Shown: piece after piece, positions 17,814 through 26,325 of the stretch
Position numbering within the stretch: position 1 is the first letter of the stretch
Layout of the letters: each line of letters opens with the position of its first letter
Source of the DNA: a virus
DNA length: 64,000 bases
IMG/VR virus record: IMGVR_UViG_3300049491_000850
Span: 31,516 to 95,515 of that record
Direction: 5' to 3' (one strand)
The notes under the pieces: generated by a model
Databases searched by the model: none
Seen by the model: the letters and a program-made list of their open reading frames with translations, nothing else
Told to the model about the DNA's origin: nothing
Program-made: the position numbers and the translations under genes

Positions 17814-18638
17814 TTATTCTGCTACAGTTTCTACAAGCGATGCTTTGCGGGTTGTGTCAATTACTCTATCAGCGAAAAAATGTGATTCTTTCTTTGCAGT
17901 TTCAAACCAAAATCTTCTGTCATCATTTGTTAATACTGCACCAAGACCCATGAACAAACTTCCATCACGATTAATGACGTGCTTGTATCCGAATTTAGGG
18001 ATGGTATAGATTTTATTTCCGTTATTTAAGAATCTTAGAATAAACTCGTATGTGAATGACAATACGATGTTTGACTTTAATCCACCAACAGCAACGAAGT
18101 CGCTTTTCTTGAAAATCGCTCCACCAAGTGTATAGTATGAGAAATCACCTAACGACTTCGCATTCAAATAGCCCAACACACCATTTTCACCAACATATCC
18201 TTTTGACCAGATATTTTGATTTACTAATTGAAGTGGTGAGTTATTCTTATCGTCAACATCAATAGTGATTGGAAGGAATAACGATACGTCTGTAAGTCCA
18301 TCAATGTACTTATCTACATTTCTGAAATAGAATGTACTATATTCATCATCAAATTCTAAGACTGAGAAGAAATCGGTGGTACTGTTTTTCACACCGAAGT
18401 TTACCTGACCACAAAAGTCAGTTTTTTCTTCATTCTTAATTGTAGTTACTTTCTCGCCAAAATTCTTTTCGGCAAGATATGCTAATAGACCACCTTCTTC
18501 TGCTCTGTGTGTATACACGATAAGCAAACTAGGGTTTGATCCAACCTGCATTAATACTGATTGGACAGCAAGGTCTAAATATTTCTTTGTGTTTTCACCG
18601 AACTCATGGATCGGCAATATTACTGTTACTTTACTCAT
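17814..18638 (-). CDS. glycosyltransferase family 2 (GT-A)
   Basis: VTVILP, AVQSVL.Q, NFG, FSVLEFDDEY. Confidence 0.8.
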   Translation of the reverse strand: MSKVTVILPIHEFGENTKKYLDLAVQSVLMQVGSNPSLLIVYTHRAEEGGLLAYLAEKNFGEKVTTIKNEEKTDFCGQVNFGVKNSTTDFFSVLEFDDEYSTFYFRNVDKYIDGLTDVSLFLPITIDVDDKNNSPLQLVNQNIWSKGYVGENGVLGYLNAKSLGDFSYYTLGGAIFKKSDFVAVGGLKSNIVLSFTYEFILRFLNNGNKIYTIPKFGYKHVINRDGSLFMGLGAVLTNDDRRFWFETAKKESHFFADRVIDTTRKASLVETVAE

Positions 18639-18663
18639 TTCTTATTTAAGTTTTCGTTTGATA

Positions 18664-19803
18664 TTATGCTTCAACTGCTGGTGTTTCAACTGCTACTGGT
18701 TCAGCCGCATCTTGTTGTTCTAAGGCTTCAAGTGTTCTTGCTAACGCTTCTTTTCTTTCAGCGAAATATTCTCCGTAGATTGCTGTTAATTGTTCGCCAG
18801 AAATTTCTGGTGTATAAGGATCAGCAAGTTTCTTCATTTCAGCATAGATGTTATCACCGATTTCATCATCAAGAAATTTTCTTAATGTATCGGCAATCAA
18901 TACTGGCAATTGGAAGAAGTCATCAGTCCATACTCCACAGTTCTCAACTGGTTTGCCATCAGCACCAATTAAATATTCAGGAGTAATGTCAGGAATCAAT
19001 GAAATAGGAATCGTACCTACCTTCATACATTCTAATGGGAACAAAGCATGACTTGAAATTCTATCAATCCAAAGTGCAGCGAAGTTTTTACCTAGCTTAT
19101 CAGCAAAGTCTTTTCTTCTCAAATGCTTTGGTGGTTTAGATTCAGTTACCATTGGTTCGAAGTTAACCCATCTGTATTGTGGGTATTTCGACAAGAACAA
19201 TTTAACGATCTTATCTAATTCTCTTTCATTTCTAACCAAGATTGAAATCACTGGTTGCTTCAACGGATACTTATCTGTGAAGTATGCTGGCACAGAAACA
19301 TTGTAATGTTTAATTCTGAATTTCCCTTTACCGAAAAACTCGTCAACAAATCTTACCATTGTCTTACTAGTTGTAAGAACATTACTGATCTTAAAGTTTG
19401 ACCAGTCATAACCCGGTAACAATGCCTTGGTTGTGTTGTCAACCGATTGAAACAATACTACACGCATACATGGAAGTTCTTTAGTTTGCTCCATTACGTT
19501 TGTAAAGATTTCAGGGATAACCAATAAATCTTCCGGTGATACTGTTAATTTGTTAGACTCCATTGAAACGTGTTCAAGGGCAGTTAATTCAGGTTCAATG
19601 AAATCAGGTTTCTCAAACTTTGCAGTTTCAGTCAACATGATCACAGTGTAACCCAAGTTCTTCAATACTGTTCCATGAAAATATAATTCATAGATAGATG
19701 CAGCAGGAACTCCATGCACATCAGGTACGAAAAACATGATCTTATTTTTCTTAGCATCGATATTTGCAATCGATAATTTTAATTTATCAACATTACTACT
19801 CAT
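18664..19803 (-). CDS. glycosyltransferase (GT-B fold)
   Basis: LLVIPE, HALFPLECMKVG donor-binding motif. Confidence 0.65.
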   Translation of the reverse strand: MSSNVDKLKLSIANIDAKKNKIMFFVPDVHGVPAASIYELYFHGTVLKNLGYTVIMLTETAKFEKPDFIEPELTALEHVSMESNKLTVSPEDLLVIPEIFTNVMEQTKELPCMRVVLFQSVDNTTKALLPGYDWSNFKISNVLTTSKTMVRFVDEFFGKGKFRIKHYNVSVPAYFTDKYPLKQPVISILVRNERELDKIVKLFLSKYPQYRWVNFEPMVTESKPPKHLRRKDFADKLGKNFAALWIDRISSHALFPLECMKVGTIPISLIPDITPEYLIGADGKPVENCGVWTDDFFQLPVLIADTLRKFLDDEIGDNIYAEMKKLADPYTPEISGEQLTAIYGEYFAERKEALARTLEALEQQDAAEPVAVETPAVEA

Positions 19804-19806
19804 TTC

Positions 19807-20592
19807 TTATTTGTTTAAATTTAATTTATAGTCGATGAATCCTTGGAATGCCTTTGCAGGTACTGATCCTTCTTCATCTGCCTCAGAACCTGTCAATCCG
19901 AACACTGTTCCAATGTCACTAGTGTAATCAGCATCGCTTCCAATGTTATATTCACGAGTCAACTTAATCGTTACTTTTCCTTCTGGCTTATTGTCAAGCA
20001 TATCAGGATTTGTGGTCATTACCCAATCAAACTTCTCCCATGCTTCTTCATCAGAGTAAACGAACACAATGTTCTTTATCTCAATTCTCATTTTACTCAA
20101 AAAGAATAAAGTTGAAGGGATTGCTGCTTTCTTAGTTCTACAGTACAGATATACTTCGAAGTTATCAGCAAAGAGTTTCAAGAATGTGTTAAGATCAACA
20201 TCGGCATTTTGGTACAACTTAGGTGCACTACCGTGGATTTGATAACAATAATCCTCATAAAGAAATTTCTCAAACATTTCATCACCAGACAAAACTTTTG
20301 TCTCAGTATTAAATGCAAAATCATCCACACCAGCACGACCTGTTGCTTCATCGACAACATATTCCTTTGGCGAAATCTTTTGCAGAGTTTCGTTTGTAAG
20401 GAATTCATCAGTTACGAATTGTTCAACGATTTCAGTTTCTTTGAATTCGTAGTGGTTTCTTAAATTATAGGTGTTGAATGGTTCAGTAATCTTTCCATTG
20501 TCACCAAATTCATCATCATAGTAGCGATCAAACGCTAACCATTTTGCTCTCAATATTTCATCAATATCGATTCCTAATCTCGGTTTACTCAT
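19807..20592 (-). CDS. HAD-superfamily 5'(3')-deoxyribonucleotidase-like protein
   Basis: Motif I GIDIDEILR; YN in C-terminus; motif IV reads VMTTNP instead of DD. Confidence 0.6.
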   Translation of the reverse strand: MSKPRLGIDIDEILRAKWLAFDRYYDDEFGDNGKITEPFNTYNLRNHYEFKETEIVEQFVTDEFLTNETLQKISPKEYVVDEATGRAGVDDFAFNTETKVLSGDEMFEKFLYEDYCYQIHGSAPKLYQNADVDLNTFLKLFADNFEVYLYCRTKKAAIPSTLFFLSKMRIEIKNIVFVYSDEEAWEKFDWVMTTNPDMLDNKPEGKVTIKLTREYNIGSDADYTSDIGTVFGLTGSEADEEGSVPAKAFQGFIDYKLNLNK

Positions 20593-20993
20593 TGTTCTTT
20601 TTTCTTTTTATTATGTGATATAGGTACGATGATCACGTTATCGTTTTCAATAACAGTCGTCAGTACATTATTTATTTCATTTAATCCTTCATGCATATAT
20701 AGTGGATCGATAAACACTTTAAAATCTCTATCCTCAGTATCAATGTGTTTTATAAATTCACCAAGTTTCATTGTCGGTGCTTCTCTTACTGGTGGCACGA
20801 ATACCAATCCTTCGCTCATACGTTCATCGTAATCAACACTCTCAGGATAATAATCATACATCAATCTAAAGTCACACTTGAATTCTTTACTAAGTTTCAA
20901 GAGGAAAGCATCGATCTCTTTGCTTATTTTTGGTTCTCTTAATTTTTTATCAACATCAGTCATTTTACGTTTGTACTCGTCATCAAGATTCAT
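20589..20993 (-). CDS. hypothetical protein
   Basis: 134 aa; coupled overlaps with neighbours. Confidence 0.6.
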   Translation of the reverse strand: MNLDDEYKRKMTDVDKKLREPKISKEIDAFLLKLSKEFKCDFRLMYDYYPESVDYDERMSEGLVFVPPVREAPTMKLGEFIKHIDTEDRDFKVFIDPLYMHEGLNEINNVLTTVIENDNVIIVPISHNKKKKEQ

Positions 20994-21277
20994 TACTCCC
21001 CCTTCTTATTTTCAATAAAATGATCAATATGTTCAGTGAGAACGTCCAACTTTATTCTATATTCACGATACACTTCTGCATCGACAATAAACTTTGGATT
21101 CAATGATTCAATTACTGTTCCACCACCTCTTCTTGGTATGACGAATGTTGTTGCTTCTATTTTGTCAACAACGTCTTTCGGAAAAAGTGAAGCAGCAACA
21201 TGTTGGACATGTTCATCTGCCTCACGTCCTTCTAACGTTTCAACATCAACATACAGCACTAAAATTAATTTATCCAT
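20993..21277 (-). CDS. hypothetical protein
   Basis: 94 aa; overlaps the phoH stop. Confidence 0.6.
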   Translation of the reverse strand: MDKLILVLYVDVETLEGREADEHVQHVAASLFPKDVVDKIEATTFVIPRRGGGTVIESLNPKFIVDAEVYREYRIKLDVLTEHIDHFIENKKGE

Positions 21278-22076
21278 GTAACCTTACTCTACTATTTTGT
21301 ACTACAGGAACAGTATTATAATGTTCCTTAAATTTTGATTCGATTGTCTTGATAATAGGATTACGACAATTTTCATCATTTTCATCCATCGAAATACAAC
21401 CCATGTCAGGCACTTCATTGAAAATCTTCAATAAGACTTCAAGTGAACTATCTTGTTTATTTCTCAAGTCAATTTGATTGGTATCTCCAAGACAAATGAT
21501 TTTTGAATTTTCTCCGATACGCGTTAATAATGTTCTTGCATTATCAACACTTACGTTTTGAGTTTCATCAAGAATAATGATTGCATTATCTAAGTTTGTT
21601 CCTCTTATATATGCTAATGGCAAAAAGTGAATGATACTACTATCAAACAAACCATCAACATTTGAATTCGAGAATAACTTCTTTGCATTACTCTTGAAAC
21701 TTTCCATGTAAGGGTCAACCTTCTCTCTCAAATCACCTTTCAAGAATCCAAGTTCTTCGTTCTTTAATACAGTGACCGATTTAACAAGTAGAATTTTCTG
21801 GTAGAAATTACTTCTCTCCTTTAATAAAGAGAGTGCCATATAAATAGCACAAATTGTCTTTCCACTTCCCGCAGGGCCGGCACAAATCGTGATCTGATTG
21901 TCCTTTATGGACTTCAACAACTTCTTTTGACTGTCATTTTTCGCACTCAAGTTTACCTTTTCGACAATCATATTGCCGATTAAGTCCTTCTGTCGTTCGT
22001 TTATCTCCGATTTGGTGATCTCGAATGATTGCGTACCGTTCTTCTTTTTTGTTGTGGCAACTTTAGTTTTACCCAT
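21270..22076 (-). CDS. phoH: PhoH-family ATPase
   Basis: GPAGSGKT, LGFLKGDLREK, PLAYIRG, IILDETQN, LTRIG, GDTNQID. Confidence 0.93.
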   Translation of the reverse strand: MGKTKVATTKKKNGTQSFEITKSEINERQKDLIGNMIVEKVNLSAKNDSQKKLLKSIKDNQITICAGPAGSGKTICAIYMALSLLKERSNFYQKILLVKSVTVLKNEELGFLKGDLREKVDPYMESFKSNAKKLFSNSNVDGLFDSSIIHFLPLAYIRGTNLDNAIIILDETQNVSVDNARTLLTRIGENSKIICLGDTNQIDLRNKQDSSLEVLLKIFNEVPDMGCISMDENDENCRNPIIKTIESKFKEHYNTVPVVQNSRVRLHG

Positions 22077-22192
22077 TAAAAACCATTAGAAAGTTTAAAT
22101 AATTTTTTCCCCTGTATATAGTTATACGGAAAACTTAATTAAATCTTGAATTAAAAATTAAATTTTAGTATTTATTATAAAAAAGTATAACT

Positions 22193-23326
22193 ATGAGTGA
22201 AAATAAAGATGTAAAAGGAGCAATGAGTGAATTCTATAAAAAGAAGGAACAGACTCCAAGTCAAAATGAAAATAGTAGTGTGGTAGTCCTATCAAATAAC
22301 AACCCAACTGCTTCATTACCAAAGTATGACGCTGGTTCTTACAATAGAAATGTTACCGATCAAATGGATGATCAAGACTTGGTTGTTGGATTTGACACGG
22401 TTAGACTTCCATCGAAAGGTGTATTCTATAGAAATAAGGTATCCGAAGTCGTAGTTGAATATTTAACATCAAAAGATGAAGATATTCTTACAACACCTGC
22501 TCTTATTGAGAACAATACTTTAATTGACGTTCTTTTAAAGAACAAAATCAAAACCAAAGGTATTGAAGTTGAAGAAATGTTGGGTGGTGATAAGAATGCC
22601 ATTCTTGTATTCTTGAGAGCATCGTCATACGGTAAAAACTATGATGTTGTTGTTACCGATCCATTCGGTGGTAACTCTTTCAGAGCAACCGTAGACCTTA
22701 CTAAGTTGAAATATAAGGAGATCGATATTCTCCCGGACGAAAATCTACATTTCACGGTTGAACTACCAATGCGTAAGAAATTTGTTAAGTTCAAATTGAT
22801 CACGGACAATGACTTAAAGAGAATCTTCAAACAAGCAGAAACCAAGAAAGAAGCAACTGGTCAACCATTCTTAGAATTACTTAGTATGCGTTTGAAAGCA
22901 GCTATTGTGAGTGTCGATGGTAAGACTGATCGTACATACATCTCCAAGTTTGTAGATGCTATGCCAGCACTTGATTCATTAACGCTTAGACGTAAAATTG
23001 ATGAAGTTACACCGGACGTAGACTATAAATATGAGTTCGTTTCACCTGCCGGGTATCCATTCGAAGCATCCATATCGTTAGGAGTCGAGTTTTTTTTGCC
23101 CAAAAATTTAGCGGGGAAGTACAAAGAGATGGTAATGCAGGAAATCTACATCCTGACCAAACATGCCAACTTCTCCGCAGAATATGTAGAAAATCTTCCT
23201 ACATGGAAGAGACGCTATTACATAGATTTGCTCGAACGAGAAGTAGACGAAGTAAAGAAACAACAAGAGGCGCAAAGTCGAAAATCGCGATCATCGCCTT
23301 CCAGATCAGCACCAAGACGCAGATAA
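22193..23326 (+). CDS. tail assembly chaperone / baseplate hub assembly protein (gp26-like) fused in frame to a gp51/GT-like C-terminal segment
   Basis: LPSKGVFY, LT.KDEDILT, GDKNAILVFLR..SYG..Y; T8 run at 23090-23097; C-terminal LP.WKRRYYI segment; immediately upstream of the tape measure gene. Confidence 0.75.
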   Translation: MSENKDVKGAMSEFYKKKEQTPSQNENSSVVVLSNNNPTASLPKYDAGSYNRNVTDQMDDQDLVVGFDTVRLPSKGVFYRNKVSEVVVEYLTSKDEDILTTPALIENNTLIDVLLKNKIKTKGIEVEEMLGGDKNAILVFLRASSYGKNYDVVVTDPFGGNSFRATVDLTKLKYKEIDILPDENLHFTVELPMRKKFVKFKLITDNDLKRIFKQAETKKEATGQPFLELLSMRLKAAIVSVDGKTDRTYISKFVDAMPALDSLTLRRKIDEVTPDVDYKYEFVSPAGYPFEASISLGVEFFLPKNLAGKYKEMVMQEIYILTKHANFSAEYVENLPTWKRRYYIDLLEREVDEVKKQQEAQSRKSRSSPSRSAPRRR

Positions 23327-23330
23327 TGAA

Positions 23331-23357
23331 AGAATCCAGTTTAAAGACTGGATTTTT
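23331..23357 (+). terminator. intrinsic terminator
   Basis: AATCCAGT-ttaaag-ACTGGATT followed by T run. Confidence 0.7.
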
Positions 23358-23391
23358 CGTTTTTACCTATTTATGAATAGAATAATCCATC

Positions 23392-25881
23392 ATGGCAAAA
23401 AAGGTAGGAAAAAGCGAAGTCGATAAGCTGGTAGAAGAACGTACCCGTAACTACAACCTATTGGTTGACCTTCAAAAAAAGGAGTACGAAAGTCTTACCC
23501 AAATTTTTAACATTGAATCCCAAAGACAAAAATTATTACTTGAAACTCTAAAACTAGAGAACGATAGAAATACTCGATTTGCCGAACTTAAAAAACTACA
23601 AGAAGATGCTGCCAAGGGTGTTGTTAGTGTTAGTAAAACTACGTTAACCGCACTTGAAAAACAATTAAAGAGAGAACAGGAAAAAATCGTTAAACTAAAA
23701 ACTCAAGAGAAGATTTTGAGAGTAATGAGTAGCATTAAATTACCTGACTTCGGTTCTTTAGGTTCTCTAGGTCTTGATGATAAAGACATCCGTAACACAG
23801 TTATGGAATTAGGTAAGGGTGTCCAAAGCAGTCAACAAATACGTGATGCATTTTATGATGCAGCACCAAAGGCAGCACAATTAGGTGCAAGCATGAAAGA
23901 CCTTTATGCAACTCAAAAAGCATACACAGATGAATCAGGTCGTGCAGTTGCATTGACTGCTCAACAATTAGTCAATATCACTGAGATAGGAAAAGGTACA
24001 ACTCTTGGGGTTGAAGCGGCAGGACAACTTGCAGCACAATTCGAATTGCTTGGTATGAACACGGAAAGAACAAAAGATGTTGTTCAAAGTATCGTAGACT
24101 CTTCTGAAAGAATGGGTGTAAACGTAAATAAGGTTTTGAAAACAATGTCATCTAATTTCAAGACATTGAATACATATGCATTCAAGGATGGCGTAAAAGG
24201 TATGGCGAAGATGGCTCAGTACGCTGAGAAATTTAAAATATCAATTGACGATTCTCTTAGTAGTGCTGACATGGCAAGAAATCTTGATGGTGCAGTTCAA
24301 ATGGCTGCAACATTGAATACTCTTGGTGGTAAGTTTGCACAATCTGATCCATTCGAATTATTCCACTTATCAAGAAATGATCCAGCTAAATATACACAGA
24401 AAATTAATGAGATGACCAAAGGTATGGCACAACTTGTTAAGACTGGTGATCAATTCGAATTTAAAATTACTCCTGTTGACTTAGACAGAATTAGTGTCGC
24501 AGCAGAAGCTACTGGTCAGAAGTTTGAAACAATGGTTGAACAAGCACAACGTATGGCTGAGATTCAACAGATGAATAAACAGTTAATGGGCACAGCATTC
24601 TCTGCTCAAGATCGTGAATTAATTCAAGGTCTTGCGAAACTTGATTCAAAGTCTGGTATATACAAAGTATTAGGACAAGACATATCTAAACTTTCTGCAC
24701 AACAAGTTGAATCTTTAAAAGTTCAACAAACTACTTTGAAAGATCGTGCAGAAGCAGTTCAAACATTTAACGAGAAATTTGAAAATACAATTAACTCTAT
24801 GAAGTTAACATTGTTACCAATTCTTGATGGTATCAATGCTGTCTTCGACACAATACATCCATACTTAAAAGGTATTGCTGATTTTATGGCTAACCAACCT
24901 AAGTGGGTTAAGTCAGGTTTAGGATTTGCAGGTGCTTTACTTGCAGGTGGTATGTTATTAGGAAAAGCAGCATCAGCATTTAAGTCAATTCCTTTCTTAG
25001 GAAAACTTATAGGTAGTGGTGCAGCTAAAGGAGTGGGTGGTGCAGTAGGTGGAGCAGCAAAAGGTGCTGGTGGCGCACTTGGTGGTGCGGTAGGTAAAGG
25101 TGGAGGATTAGCAGGTGGTGCTGGAATTGGTTTAGCATCGGCTGGTATCGGTGCAGGTATTGCAGTGGCAGCAGCAGGTATTTCTAAACTCGCTGATTCA
25201 ATGGCTAAGTTAGATAAAGATCAGGTTGAAGCACTTGAAACAATAGCAGTCACATTGGCAGTATCGTTTCCACTTGCAGCTATAGGTATTGGTATTCTTG
25301 CAGCAGTGGCTGCGCCAGCAGCTATACCGTTGTTAGCATTAGGTGCAGCAATCTTCGCGATTGGTGCAGGTATTGGTGTGGCTTCGGCTGGTATTGGATA
25401 TATGGCAACTGGTTTTGGAACTCTTCTTCAACAAGCAAGTCCTGAAAAAGTATTTGCTCTTGCAGCAGGTGTATCGGCATTAGGTGCTTCAATGGCAGCG
25501 TTGGCTGGTGGAAGTATTTTAGCTTTATTCTCTGGTGGTGGAGCGTTTGCAATGTTGGGATTACTTTCTACTCGTGCTGATGCATTTGAAAGAATAGGTA
25601 ATGCCATGAAAAACATTGCTGTTGTTCTTAACTCTGATGGTGAAGGTTTATCCAAACTTAAAGAAACTCTTGATTCTATTCAAAATATAAATTCAGGTGG
25701 TGGAATGCTTGGCGAGTTGAAGTCTCTTTTCAAAGAAGGTATTAAAGTTAAGTTTGATGAAAAGAATGTTTCAATGAGTGTTAATGTTTCTCTTGAAGTT
25801 GATTCTGAGGTTATAGCTAGAAAGACTGCTAAGAAGATAGTTGTATTACACAAGGACTATCAGGACGGTAAGGCAGGTTAA
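23392..25881 (+). CDS. tape measure protein
   Basis: 829 aa, helical/coiled-coil, Gly/Ala-rich hydrophobic region, downstream of the chaperone. Confidence 0.8.
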   Translation: MAKKVGKSEVDKLVEERTRNYNLLVDLQKKEYESLTQIFNIESQRQKLLLETLKLENDRNTRFAELKKLQEDAAKGVVSVSKTTLTALEKQLKREQEKIVKLKTQEKILRVMSSIKLPDFGSLGSLGLDDKDIRNTVMELGKGVQSSQQIRDAFYDAAPKAAQLGASMKDLYATQKAYTDESGRAVALTAQQLVNITEIGKGTTLGVEAAGQLAAQFELLGMNTERTKDVVQSIVDSSERMGVNVNKVLKTMSSNFKTLNTYAFKDGVKGMAKMAQYAEKFKISIDDSLSSADMARNLDGAVQMAATLNTLGGKFAQSDPFELFHLSRNDPAKYTQKINEMTKGMAQLVKTGDQFEFKITPVDLDRISVAAEATGQKFETMVEQAQRMAEIQQMNKQLMGTAFSAQDRELIQGLAKLDSKSGIYKVLGQDISKLSAQQVESLKVQQTTLKDRAEAVQTFNEKFENTINSMKLTLLPILDGINAVFDTIHPYLKGIADFMANQPKWVKSGLGFAGALLAGGMLLGKAASAFKSIPFLGKLIGSGAAKGVGGAVGGAAKGAGGALGGAVGKGGGLAGGAGIGLASAGIGAGIAVAAAGISKLADSMAKLDKDQVEALETIAVTLAVSFPLAAIGIGILAAVAAPAAIPLLALGAAIFAIGAGIGVASAGIGYMATGFGTLLQQASPEKVFALAAGVSALGASMAALAGGSILALFSGGGAFAMLGLLSTRADAFERIGNAMKNIAVVLNSDGEGLSKLKETLDSIQNINSGGGMLGELKSLFKEGIKVKFDEKNVSMSVNVSLEVDSEVIARKTAKKIVVLHKDYQDGKAG

Positions 25882-25919
25882 AACCCCTTAATAGTTATTA
25901 ATTAATATTAAGTTTAAAT

Positions 25920-26240
25920 ATCAATAGGAATTCTGTGGTTGAGATTAGTACATAAGAGGACTATACCCTAATCTTTACGATTGAGTTTAGTCTTATGTAC
26001 TATTGATTTAACATCAATGAGGTCTGAGTATATCGACCAGTACCTTTACATCATAGGTTGAGTAAAGTCTCTTGCTAATTACGATAATCTCCTATTTATC
26101 GCTATTCTCCCTCCAAGATTTAAGAGCAGGTGGCAACTGTGAATAGAACCCCGCACAGTAGTTGCCTTTTATACTTTCTTAACGCTGTCGTATTATTTAA
26201 GCCGACCATCAAGAAATGCAATAATAGCGATAAAACCGAA
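25920..26240. other. structured non-coding element (ncRNA or origin candidate)
   Basis: 444-bp ORF-free gap with two perfect 12-bp inverted-repeat pairs and nested stems (see findings). Confidence 0.45.
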
Positions 26241-26325
26241 GAAAACAAATAAAGTTTCGAATACGCCCCTTAACTACTTGAAAATTAGGTGGAAAAGATA
26301 ATCAAAAACACGTATTTATGATGGA

